A stretch of 64,000 nt of DNA from an uncultured virus (IMG/VR IMGVR_UViG_3300044701_002726) (lineage: Duplodnaviria; Heunggongvirae; Uroviricota; Caudoviricetes), in the IMG/VR virus record IMGVR_UViG_3300044701_002726, one strand, 5' to 3'. Position numbers and translations under genes: made by a program. The notes beneath the pieces were generated by a model. It was not told where the DNA came from. It searched no databases and worked only from the letters and a program-made list of their open reading frames with translations. Shown in pieces: positions 1-8,988 of the stretch; the stretch's first letter is position 1; the number at the start of each line of letters is the position of its first letter.

Positions 1-1
1 A

Positions 2-184
2 AGAAACTTTCTCGCCGTTCACAATGCGGCTGTTCAGGTAGATTGCATGACCTTCATTGCGAAGATCATTAATGGTTGCGGAAGGATTTGCAACACCGAA
101 CATGCTCTGCATCTTTGCAGGGGTCAGGGTGTTGTAACCAGTGGACTTGGACAGATAGTTAAGAACTTTAGATTTAACAGACAT
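2..184 (-). CDS. small HTH DNA-binding protein, 3'-truncated by window edge
   Basis: Manual translation MSVKSKVLNYLSKSTGYNTLTPAKMQSMFGVANPSATINDLRNEGHAIYLNSRIVNGEKVS; GGAG SD upstream; winged-HTH-like pattern; absent from ORF track because incomplete. Confidence 0.75.
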   Translation of the reverse strand, partial: MSVKSKVLNYLSKSTGYNTLTPAKMQSMFGVANPSATINDLRNEGHAIYLNSRIVNGEKVS

Positions 185-208
185 TCAAAATACTCCATAA
201 AGTAAAAT

Positions 209-257
209 AGTCGCAGGTTAGAATCATGTCTGAGAGGCGACTGTTCTCTCAGACATG
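209..257 (-). promoter_or_regulatory. predicted H-type pseudoknot in 5' leader of HTH gene
   Basis: Perfect 12-bp stem (225-236/246-257); loop AGUCGC complementary to GCGACU at 209-214. Confidence 0.6.
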
Positions 258-262
258 TGTAC

Positions 263-291
263 ATCATACTACAAGATGAAACAAATGTCAA
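263..291 (-). promoter_or_regulatory. sigma70-type early promoter
   Basis: TTGACA-17 nt-TATGAT. Confidence 0.8.
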
Positions 292-307
292 CACTTTTTT
301 AGACAAA

Positions 308-1492
308 TTAGAAAGGAATATCTTCTTTGCCAATATCTTCAGGCACAGGTTGTGTCTGAGCCATCAGAGTTTCGGTGTTGGCACCAGCATCTACTTTAGT
401 GTAGAGATCAAGGAAAGAAATCTTTGTATCATCATCGAAACGATTCAAACAAAGCGTAATTGCTTTAATACGATCTCCGAACACAGAGTAGGTCTTGGCA
501 ATATGCACAAGACGGCGAGTGGAAATCACTTCGTCAACACCGCCTTCAACAAAGGTTTTGCGAATGACTTCTGCCCAAGTAACAAGTTTCTGAGCAAATT
601 CATCATCAGCACGACCAAGAGATTCAAGTTCTTTCTTGAGAATCTTTTGTTCGGTTTTGTTGGAAGGCCATTCTTGTTCGTAAGTATTGAGAAAACGCTC
701 AAGAAATGCTTCGTTCAGAACATTGGTGAACATGTAACGACCATCTTCTGAACCTTTACCTTTTGTGTTCGCAGTGGCAATCACTGTAAAACCAGGTGCA
801 GGTTGAATCAGTTCATTCTTCTTTTTAAGCAAGAATGGTTTGCCTTCAAGAACACGCTGCAAACTGGAAAGGTTTTGTGAACCGTAGTCAATCTCATCAA
901 TACATAGTACTGCACCTTGACGAGCAGCAACAGTCACAGGACCATCACGCCATTCCATTTGACCATTGATCAAAACGAAATTACCGAACAGATCACTTTC
1001 ATCAGTTTCAGGTGTCATAGAGACGCAAACGAATTTGCGTTTTAGTTTGGCACAAGCCTGTTCAACAGACATTGTTTTACCATTACCTGATTGACCAGTA
1101 ATGAAGATCGGATAGAATTGATTCGAACCGATGATCGAAACTAGGTCATCAAAATGACCGAAAGGTACATAATTTTTGTATACATTCGGTACAAGGTTTT
1201 CGACCTCAAGATCAGTCACAACCGAACTGATACGATTTTTAGAAGTTTGCATAGGAATAACCTGAGCTTGCATTTCAATAGTTATGGGAGCAGTTGTTGC
1301 AGGTTTTGCAACAGCAGTGGGTACTTTATATAGTCCACGCTTCAGACGATTTTGTTCGTCACTGGTAAACCATTGAATACTTCCAATTCCTACTTTTTTG
1401 GCAACTTCTTTGACTTCAGTACGAGTCAAAGAAGTTTTACCGGTTGCAACAAGGGCGTCAATGAAAAGTTGGCGATTAATAGTGCGAGGCAT
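308..1492 (-). CDS. cobS: CobS-like / MoxR-family AAA+ ATPase
   Basis: Walker A GQSGNGKT, Walker B LCIDEID, ATANTKGKG, NEAFLERF, STRRL; adjacent to vWA gene as in marine/freshwater T4-like phages. Confidence 0.9.
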   Translation of the reverse strand: MPRTINRQLFIDALVATGKTSLTRTEVKEVAKKVGIGSIQWFTSDEQNRLKRGLYKVPTAVAKPATTAPITIEMQAQVIPMQTSKNRISSVVTDLEVENLVPNVYKNYVPFGHFDDLVSIIGSNQFYPIFITGQSGNGKTMSVEQACAKLKRKFVCVSMTPETDESDLFGNFVLINGQMEWRDGPVTVAARQGAVLCIDEIDYGSQNLSSLQRVLEGKPFLLKKKNELIQPAPGFTVIATANTKGKGSEDGRYMFTNVLNEAFLERFLNTYEQEWPSNKTEQKILKKELESLGRADDEFAQKLVTWAEVIRKTFVEGGVDEVISTRRLVHIAKTYSVFGDRIKAITLCLNRFDDDTKISFLDLYTKVDAGANTETLMAQTQPVPEDIGKEDIPF

Positions 1493-1523
1493 AATATAGA
1501 ACTCCTATCAAAGTATATAAAAC

Positions 1524-1577
1524 ATTATAACGAAAAAAGGGGGAATTGTCAACCCCCTCTGTTGTATAAAAACAACA
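1524..1577 (-). promoter_or_regulatory. sigma70 early promoter with upstream palindrome
   Basis: TTGACA-17-TATAAT; TGTTGTTTTTATACAACA lies 7 nt upstream of the -35. Confidence 0.85.
1533..1558 (-). terminator. intrinsic terminator overlapping the promoter -35
   Basis: AGGGGG-TTGACAATT-CCCCCT followed by a T-run. Confidence 0.55.
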
Positions 1578-1579
1578 CT

Positions 1580-3829
1580 CTAGACCGCAATCCCATCAAT
1601 GAATTTCGAGACTAGTACACGGCTCACTTGGCGTTTTTGATTGTGTTTCAGAAACGCATTGGCAAGTTTTGATGCAGTAACTTTGCCTTCTACAGTAAAA
1701 TCTTCATCTTCAATCTTAAGGTCTTTGCCACCAGAAATCAGAAAGAACTTATTGTAACCAGGTTTGTACGAGATCAAAAGTTTTTCTTTCTTGAATTCTT
1801 TCACAAGAAGATTCACTTTCTCTTTAGATGATTCCCAATCTTTGTAAATTGAACGATTGTTCAGATCATTACCTTTTTCATCGACATAGTGGTCACGAAT
1901 CATATTCGGAATAGCAGAACGATTGGAAGTAGACACAAAGAAACCGAAAATCTTTGAACCAGTTTTATCAGAATACCAGTTCATGATCTGTGGTTGAATA
2001 TCTTCTGCTCGTTTAACTTGATATTCTTTCTTGGTAGACTTGTCAACGATAAAGACATTAGTGTACTGATAACTGATACCACTTACATGCCAAGACTTTT
2101 CGATGGTAGGGTTGTAGTAGTAATTGCAAAAATCAGAATCACCATCGTGAATCAAAACGGTGTTTACAATGTCAAGATTGTTCACTTTGCGAAACTCGTT
2201 AGTAAGATTGGCAAGAGCAATCATAGCCTGATTCATTGGTGTGTTACTCAATGATTCTGACATTGAAGCAGAAAACAAACGATCAGTACCATAAGAATTC
2301 ATCAATTGAACCATGTTACGGAGTACTTTAGTGTACTCTGAATTGGACATTTTAGAATTCATATACTCACGCAAAAACACGGTACCCATTTGAAGTTCTT
2401 TCGGGTTCGTACTAAAGCAAGCAATACGCTCAGTAATACGATCTTTAGCATTAGGCGAAAACTCATTCGGAAAGTCACAAGTATTACGAACGAGAACTTG
2501 ATCACCGAAACCGTAAACGACAAAAGGAATATTCACTTTGCGGCAAAACGATGTAAGCACAAGAATCTGTTCAATAGAACCAGCCATGTTATCATTCATA
2601 GAACCAGAACGATCAAGAAGAAGAACAAGACCGTGCGATTTACCTTTGGGTACACGCATTACTTTACGGAAGATATTGTCATCTACCTGATACTTGTAGA
2701 TGCGAGATACATCAATATCGCCAGTGTTCGCAACCTTTGCCTTTGCAAAACGAGATGCAGCTTTCTTCATCTCAAATTCTTTGACAAGAAGCGAAACATA
2801 TTTCTCATTGCGTTTCTTGAACTCTTGAATCAAAGACTCAAGTTTGCACTTTTGTGCATCAGAGAATCGTGAATTGCGATCTTGTTCGATCTGCTCATGA
2901 ACTCGTTTTGCAGGTGTGACAATCTGTTTCATAACAGGTTTTGGTAATGTTAGATACAGATAGTCTTTTGATTTTTCATCAAGAAGATCACTCTCACGAT
3001 TACGGAAGTTATTGTCAGTTTCGCAAACTGGTTCATCAAATGATTCACAAGGAGAAGAATCTTTGAAACGATTAATTTCATTACCTTCTTCATCGAAGTC
3101 ATCATCGCCATCGTCATCAGTATCACCTTCGGCCGAACCTTTACCTTCAACATTTTCTGATTCGTCATAATCATCACCAAAAGATTCGCCGTCATCAAAT
3201 TCTTGACCTTCAGAGAATTCAGCATCATCCATGGGAGAATCATAATTGAAATTGAATTGTTCTTCTTGTTCTTTCTTGGAATAATCCCAGACTTCACCAG
3301 TGATTTTGATTACATCATCCCAAGTTTCACAAGCACGAACACGGTCAACCAAATCTTTTTCTTCTGCACCGAAAGTAACAGACAGAGTATAATCAGATTT
3401 AGTGTAGAGATTCAAACGGTTAATGAAAGACAGATCATTGATATCTTTGTTTCCAATACCAAAGAAGTCTTGATCCATTAGAGTTTTGTATGCACGGACA
3501 AAAGAAGGACGCAAACCAGGATACTTGCGTTTGATTTTCTTCTCAATACGGGCATCTTCAATAACATTCAAAAATGCCTTGAAATTCTTACCATTGTCAC
3601 AAACGGCATCATGCCAACCTTGTGCAGGTGTATAAAGAGCGTGACCGACTTCGTGACCCATCAAAAGGTCATAAAGATCGCCACTCATATCTTTCCAAAT
3701 GGGACAGTATAGAACACGGTTTTTAGGATCAAATGCAGCCGTATTCATTTTACGGTGTTCAATACGAATATTCTCAGTCGCAAGCAATTTAGCTAGCTGA
3801 GATTTAGTTTGGGAAGTAAATGTAGTCAT
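1580..3829 (-). CDS. metallopeptidase (HEXXH) plus vWA domain protein, CobT-like MoxR partner
   Basis: HEVGH, NVIEDARIE, acidic linker, MIDAS DRSGSM, TP and DGD motifs. Confidence 0.85.
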   Translation of the reverse strand: MTTFTSQTKSQLAKLLATENIRIEHRKMNTAAFDPKNRVLYCPIWKDMSGDLYDLLMGHEVGHALYTPAQGWHDAVCDNGKNFKAFLNVIEDARIEKKIKRKYPGLRPSFVRAYKTLMDQDFFGIGNKDINDLSFINRLNLYTKSDYTLSVTFGAEEKDLVDRVRACETWDDVIKITGEVWDYSKKEQEEQFNFNYDSPMDDAEFSEGQEFDDGESFGDDYDESENVEGKGSAEGDTDDDGDDDFDEEGNEINRFKDSSPCESFDEPVCETDNNFRNRESDLLDEKSKDYLYLTLPKPVMKQIVTPAKRVHEQIEQDRNSRFSDAQKCKLESLIQEFKKRNEKYVSLLVKEFEMKKAASRFAKAKVANTGDIDVSRIYKYQVDDNIFRKVMRVPKGKSHGLVLLLDRSGSMNDNMAGSIEQILVLTSFCRKVNIPFVVYGFGDQVLVRNTCDFPNEFSPNAKDRITERIACFSTNPKELQMGTVFLREYMNSKMSNSEYTKVLRNMVQLMNSYGTDRLFSASMSESLSNTPMNQAMIALANLTNEFRKVNNLDIVNTVLIHDGDSDFCNYYYNPTIEKSWHVSGISYQYTNVFIVDKSTKKEYQVKRAEDIQPQIMNWYSDKTGSKIFGFFVSTSNRSAIPNMIRDHYVDEKGNDLNNRSIYKDWESSKEKVNLLVKEFKKEKLLISYKPGYNKFFLISGGKDLKIEDEDFTVEGKVTASKLANAFLKHNQKRQVSRVLVSKFIDGIAV

Positions 3830-3854
3830 AACAGTTCCTATCGAATATACGACT

Positions 3855-3907
3855 ATTATATCAGAAATGGGGGAATTGTCAATACGAGATGTTGTATAAA
3901 AACAACA
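3855..3907 (-). promoter_or_regulatory. sigma70 early promoter with upstream palindrome (second copy)
   Basis: TTGACA-16-TATAAT; identical TGTTGTTTTTATACAACA 7 nt upstream of -35; TTGACAATTCCCCC shared with the first copy. Confidence 0.85.
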
Positions 3908-3943
3908 GTACTGCTACTATATATTGTAGTAAGTTAGTACTCA

Positions 3944-5521
3944 CTAACCCTTGTAAAATACGAAAATCGGTTCATATTTGAGCCAAAGACCGTTTACTTT
4001 ACAGAAGTTTTTAGATTTTGGCAACCCTGTTTCGGCATCAACTCTGTTGCCACCAGGCATTTGTGCCAAACTCATTTTAAGTTTGCCTTTGTATTGCATA
4101 CCTAAAGATTCCAAAATATCGATAGAGTCTTGTTCAAGAGGCAACATTTCTCCACCAAATTCTGCATCGGCAATATTCCAAAGAAGATACCGATCTGATG
4201 CAAGCCATTCAACACAAGTTTCTAATGTCTTGCGAAGAAATCCTTCTTTCCACAATTCATACTGATTGAATTTCTTGTATGACTGTTCGGCATCTTGTGA
4301 GTATGCTTCTTTTGCAAAGTATGGTGGAGAAGTAAATATCAAATCAAGTTTACCTTTATACTTCTGAAAGTTTTTGTTCTTGTGTATTTCTTCTGAACCT
4401 AATTGGTAAATTTCATATGTGTGTGTCTTAGGAAATAAGCCTACTGCACGATATGTTTTTGTATTGAAGAAATCAGCAAACTCATGGTACTTAGTTCTAC
4501 CATTCTCTGTATTGTGATCTGTATTTGGATCAGTACCAATGTAGTGAATGTTTCTTGCATCATCTACAGATAAAGCTCCAAGTAAACGACCACCCCAACC
4601 AGAAGATGGATCATATATGTTTATTTGTTCTTGTGTCTTAATATGTTCAGTATATCTTTCATAGAGATATTTTGCAGTCAGTGGGGGAAAGTTTACTGCA
4701 TATTGACAAAAAGAAACACGAAAGGCTTTAAATCCTACAGGAAATATTTTACTTCCCTTTTTGAACAAACGAATACGAAATGTTTGAGCCTCTTTATGAT
4801 CAACATTTGTTTTGCATTGATCAGGTACATTTAGTTTGAGAAGATCGTTCTTTGAAATCAAAACATACTTTTGATTCTTTAGTTCTTCACAATAACCAGT
4901 GTACTCATTATCACCAGATGTTCCTTCAAACCAGTAATCATGTGTATCATACTTACGAGCTGTTGATTCAAACCACTCAACAAAACTTTCAACAGATGTT
5001 ACTTTGAATGGTACAGAACCTATGTTTGAAATTACTTGACCTTCTTTTACTGGTGTTGAATGACTGTAAAAAGAATCTCTTTTGAAATGTCGTGATGCAT
5101 ATGTAACAAATGTTTCAAGCAATTCATCTTTGGCAAAGTAATCATAGATTGATTTGCCTTTCTCTACATCTTTCGTATAGTTAATTTTTGTTTTCATCAT
5201 GGTTGGAAACCATTGATTAACAGCATTACCAGTAATACTAGTGTTACGAATTACATCTAACTCATTTGTCAATTCATCTTTCATAAGAAACTTATGTACA
5301 GGATATGTTGACATTTCATTGAACTGATCAATGATCTCATTCTCATTACAGCCAACTCTTGGTGGTTGTCCTTGTTCATCCCAAAGACGAACTACTTCCT
5401 TTCGCATATCAATTACCCATTGACGAAATTCATCCATAGACATCCATAGAATCTCTTCAAATGATTTGTTAAGGTTTGAATTTAGAAAGTCGGTATTTCG
5501 TTCGTAAAAATATTTCGTCAT
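3944..5521 (-). CDS. SAM-dependent DNA amino-methyltransferase (m4C/m6A type)
   Basis: Motif I YDPSSGWGGRL and motif IV FTSPPYF; long N-terminal extension. Confidence 0.8.
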   Translation of the reverse strand: MTKYFYERNTDFLNSNLNKSFEEILWMSMDEFRQWVIDMRKEVVRLWDEQGQPPRVGCNENEIIDQFNEMSTYPVHKFLMKDELTNELDVIRNTSITGNAVNQWFPTMMKTKINYTKDVEKGKSIYDYFAKDELLETFVTYASRHFKRDSFYSHSTPVKEGQVISNIGSVPFKVTSVESFVEWFESTARKYDTHDYWFEGTSGDNEYTGYCEELKNQKYVLISKNDLLKLNVPDQCKTNVDHKEAQTFRIRLFKKGSKIFPVGFKAFRVSFCQYAVNFPPLTAKYLYERYTEHIKTQEQINIYDPSSGWGGRLLGALSVDDARNIHYIGTDPNTDHNTENGRTKYHEFADFFNTKTYRAVGLFPKTHTYEIYQLGSEEIHKNKNFQKYKGKLDLIFTSPPYFAKEAYSQDAEQSYKKFNQYELWKEGFLRKTLETCVEWLASDRYLLWNIADAEFGGEMLPLEQDSIDILESLGMQYKGKLKMSLAQMPGGNRVDAETGLPKSKNFCKVNGLWLKYEPIFVFYKG

Positions 5522-5578
5522 ATCTATATCACTTCTGGTTGTGTCATTTTTTTATACATAATTATTTAGGAGGAACAA

Positions 5579-5692
5579 ATGAACTCACTCATTATAACAC
5601 TATTGTTGAACACAACGCAAGTACCACCACCGGTAATAATCAATCAACCAGTAGTTACCGAAGAAAAATCAGCATGTGCTGGAGATGAATAG
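5579..5692 (+). CDS. putative 37-aa antisense small protein
   Basis: AGGAGG at 5568-5573, 5 nt before ATG; MNSLIITLLLNTTQVPPPVIINQPVVTEEKSACAGDE. Confidence 0.4.
   Translation: MNSLIITLLLNTTQVPPPVIINQPVVTEEKSACAGDE
5591..5620 (-). promoter_or_regulatory. sigma70 promoter (extended -10) for the methyltransferase
   Basis: TTGCGT-18-TATAAT with TGn extension. Confidence 0.55.
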
Positions 5693-6108
5693 AGGTAGAC
5701 AACACCTGGTATCTTACCGTCAGACCAACTAATCGTGCCGACTTCTTTCATACCGTTTTTAACATAGAACGATCTTGCTCTAAGATTTTCGGCACGAACT
5801 GTAAGCCAAACATTTGTTTTCATTTCGGCAAAAAACTTTTGTAATACTTTAGACGCAACACCATTGCCTTGTTCTAAGGTAACAATTTGACCAATGTGTG
5901 CATCACCTTTTTGAGCTTCAGTGTTGCCTATCTTTTGTTTTCTTTTATACACACCAAAGATGATCACTACTCCATCTTCATAAACCACATTACCACTTTG
6001 AATCTTTCTTGCAATGTAATCAGAACGAATGTGTGGAAAATATGTTTTTTGATATGGTGCAAAAGTAAGTTTTACAGAATCTAAATTTTCAAGTGTTGCA
6101 ATTTTCAT
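5644..6108 (-). CDS. GNAT-family acetyltransferase
   Basis: QIVTLEQGNGVAS (motif A), LTVRAENLRARSFYVKNGM (motif B). Confidence 0.85.
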   Translation of the reverse strand: MKIATLENLDSVKLTFAPYQKTYFPHIRSDYIARKIQSGNVVYEDGVVIIFGVYKRKQKIGNTEAQKGDAHIGQIVTLEQGNGVASKVLQKFFAEMKTNVWLTVRAENLRARSFYVKNGMKEVGTISWSDGKIPGVVYLYSSPAHADFSSVTTG

Positions 6109-6713
6109 TCTAGAATTAATTTCCTAATTGTTGGGTTTGAATAGCAGTCGACTACTAAATGTAGTCGATCTTGATCCCATGTGTTATGTACTTCATGAGC
6201 TTTGGTCACATCTGCATAGTAGTAATGGCCTTTCTCAAAAAAGAAGTCGATCTTTTCTTTTCCTTCATACAAAGAGAAGATAACTTTGGGATCAGTTTTG
6301 ATTGGAATGTGTATACGAACAATTTGTCCATCATCAAATCCAATACTCTTATCTATCTTATCGGTATGTTTTTCTATCTTAGTACCTGCCTTCAAACGCA
6401 TCACACGAACTCGTTCAAAGGTTGCAGGTATTTTATATAGTATTTCATTTAAGGCTTGCATCTCTGGTAATCTTCTCAGAGAAGTATCTTGTAGTTCTGA
6501 TTCATCAATACCTGACTTTAATACACCAGGTTTTAAAATATTTTCTGGATCAGAACTATAACCTCTCAACGAGATAGCTTCCCAATTACCATCATTGTAT
6601 TTTGTCTTAACTAAAGACAGAGACATGTTTTCAATATACTTTACAGCAATATCAAGTTTATCATCACCTTCATACTTTGGTATATTTAATTTTTTAGCAA
6701 CTGGCCTTTTCAT
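6105..6713 (-). CDS. Asp/Asn beta-hydroxylase-type 2OG-Fe(II) oxygenase
   Basis: RVRVMRLKAG..HTD..RIHIPI..HEVHN..RLHLVVD (HxD...H triad). Confidence 0.85.
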   Translation of the reverse strand: MKRPVAKKLNIPKYEGDDKLDIAVKYIENMSLSLVKTKYNDGNWEAISLRGYSSDPENILKPGVLKSGIDESELQDTSLRRLPEMQALNEILYKIPATFERVRVMRLKAGTKIEKHTDKIDKSIGFDDGQIVRIHIPIKTDPKVIFSLYEGKEKIDFFFEKGHYYYADVTKAHEVHNTWDQDRLHLVVDCYSNPTIRKLILE

Positions 6714-7279
6714 TTGCGTCTCTGTGCCCTTTTAATTATCTTGGTTTGTTTCCTACGACCTTGAGAAAGAGAAACTTTACCTACTTTAGAAGTAAACTTA
6801 ACACCGTTCATATGATCTAGTTCATGAAGGTAACATCTTGCAGTCAAACCGTCAAGCCATTTCCTTTGTACTTGCCCTTGTTCATCAATATATTCTGCAT
6901 GTACAGACACAGGCCTCTCTACTTTCAAAAACAAACCTGGAAAAGAAAGACAACCTTCATTGTCCTTGGCAACTCCACCAGAAACTTCTAGTACTTTTGG
7001 ATTGATACACGCCATCTGAAACTGATCTGTACCAATTACAAACACTCTTTCATATACACCACATTGATTTGCAGAAAGACCAACACCACCATACAGTTTC
7101 ATCGTCATCTTCAATCGTGCAATCAATTTATTCATTACAGGATTAGGTAACTGATCTGTATACTCAGGTATCTCATCATCTAACATTACATAGTTTTCAC
7201 CATATAAAGGTAATGGTTCTATTGTCTCTTGTTTCTTAACTACTTCTTCAGAAGTATCAATTGTTAAAATTTCACTCAT
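6710..7279 (-). CDS. def: peptide deformylase
   Basis: GVGLSANQ, EGCLSFP, HELDH motifs. Confidence 0.95.
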   Translation of the reverse strand: MSEILTIDTSEEVVKKQETIEPLPLYGENYVMLDDEIPEYTDQLPNPVMNKLIARLKMTMKLYGGVGLSANQCGVYERVFVIGTDQFQMACINPKVLEVSGGVAKDNEGCLSFPGLFLKVERPVSVHAEYIDEQGQVQRKWLDGLTARCYLHELDHMNGVKFTSKVGKVSLSQGRRKQTKIIKRAQRRK

Positions 7280-8988
7280 TTTATTATCCTTGAAAAATTC
7301 TTTACCTTCTCAAAACGAATTACATTACTAAACTTATCTTGTAGTATATCACCTTTATGCGATATCACAAAGATATTTACACCTTCTAACATATGTAACA
7401 ACTTCATCAACTCTTCTGTGCCGTTTGCATCAAGTGAAGAATCAAATGTCTCATCTAGTATCAGTAGATTTGTATTTGCAGAATTCTTCAGTTTAGCTAC
7501 AGCACGCCAAGTCAACATCAATGCCATATCAATTCTTTGTTTCTCACCCTCAGAAAAGTTATGGTACGAAAAATCGTCACGATGTCTGGACTTAATTGAT
7601 TCTTTAAACGATTCATCAAGGTTAAAGTTTACAAAGAAATCTAGTGACGATAAATACTTGTTTACTAACTTATTGATTACTGGCAAGTACTGTTTTATGA
7701 TTTTGGTTTTGATACCAGTATCTTTTAACAAATTAGAGGATACCTCATAATATGTATTTTCTTGCAATAATTCTTTTAAGTGCGATTGCTGTTTTATCAA
7801 ACTCTCCCGTAGTTCTTGCAGCAGTTGTTCTTCTTGCGTGGACGATACTGACGTTGCTTTAAGATCAGCAATCATTTTTCTCAAACGATCAATCAATTTA
7901 TTCGTTTCAGTAATTGTGGTATTCGTCTTTGCAATCTCTACTTGTTTCTCAGTTATTTCTTTCTGAATATCAGCAATCTCGTTTAACTTAGCCTGTTCTT
8001 CATTCAGTTTCTTTTCGAGTTCTGTGAGGCCATGTTTGCAACTAGTGACTTTAGCTGAGAGATCATTAAGTTCTTCCTCTTTAAATTCACTGGCAATGGT
8101 TTGCCTACATGTTGGGCAATTATCATGTGTCTGAAAGAAACTGATATCTTTCTGAAATTTGGATAAGTTGCTTTCAATCTGCGATTCAAGCTTTGTAATT
8201 TTCTTGACCTTAGCCTCTGTGTCAATTTTACTAGCAGTAACCAGTTGCAATCCGGTTGTCTGTTGGGTAAGTGTCGCAACAGTTTCAAGTAAGGAGGATA
8301 CGGTATTGCTATGACATTCAATCTCACTTTCATATTCTTTCACCTTGTCTTCATTGTTTTGTTTCAATTGATCTAGATGTTTCTTCTGTAGATCATACTT
8401 CTGTTTGTTCAATTCAAGTTCATGCTTCAAATCACCAATCAAAGTTTTATTGGCAGACAGTCTTTCTTTCACCAAAGAATTCATCGTAGAAAAGATTTGA
8501 ATGTCTAACAAGTCTTCAATGATTGCACGACGATCTGATGCAGACAATTGCATGAAAGGTGTAAATGAGGCTGAACCAAGAATTACGATCTGTGTAAATG
8601 ATTTATAATTTAGTTTCAATACAAATCGTTCAAGGTATTCTTGATAGTCTCTAGATGCCGCATCTTGGTTCAGTAGTTCATTGTTGCAGTAGATTTCAAA
8701 AACATTTGGTTTAATACCACGAACAATTTTGTATGACTTGTTATTGGTATTAAACTCTAACTCTACAACACAATCTTTACCATTGATTGAATTAATCAGA
8801 TTAGGTTTGTTAATGTTGCGAAAGGCCTTACCAAACAATGCAAAACACAATGCATCAAGTAATGTTGACTTACCTGATCCATTAGAACCTACTATCAATG
8901 TATTGGCGTTGGTGTTAAGATTAACTTCTGTAAAGTGATTGCCTGTTGATAGTAAGTTTTTCCATTTGATACTTTTAAATTGTATCAA
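7276..8988 (-). CDS. gp46: recombination endonuclease ATPase subunit (Rad50/SbcC-like)
   Basis: GSNGSGKS, CPTC zinc hook, FSEGEK, LILDE, ISH. Confidence 0.95.
   Translation of the reverse strand: MIQFKSIKWKNLLSTGNHFTEVNLNTNANTLIVGSNGSGKSTLLDALCFALFGKAFRNINKPNLINSINGKDCVVELEFNTNNKSYKIVRGIKPNVFEIYCNNELLNQDAASRDYQEYLERFVLKLNYKSFTQIVILGSASFTPFMQLSASDRRAIIEDLLDIQIFSTMNSLVKERLSANKTLIGDLKHELELNKQKYDLQKKHLDQLKQNNEDKVKEYESEIECHSNTVSSLLETVATLTQQTTGLQLVTASKIDTEAKVKKITKLESQIESNLSKFQKDISFFQTHDNCPTCRQTIASEFKEEELNDLSAKVTSCKHGLTELEKKLNEEQAKLNEIADIQKEITEKQVEIAKTNTTITETNKLIDRLRKMIADLKATSVSSTQEEQLLQELRESLIKQQSHLKELLQENTYYEVSSNLLKDTGIKTKIIKQYLPVINKLVNKYLSSLDFFVNFNLDESFKESIKSRHRDDFSYHNFSEGEKQRIDMALMLTWRAVAKLKNSANTNLLILDETFDSSLDANGTEELMKLLHMLEGVNIFVISHKGDILQDKFSNVIRFEKVKNFSRIIK

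Noticed and set aside
124..333. 69-aa minus-strand ORF from the track
   Set aside because: It spans a promoter and structured leader; the credible gene is the HTH frame starting at 184
308..3829. Cobalamin biosynthesis role for the cobS/cobT-like pair
   Set aside because: No cobN or other cob genes in the window, and the partner carries a peptidase domain; a MoxR-vWA chaperone role fits better
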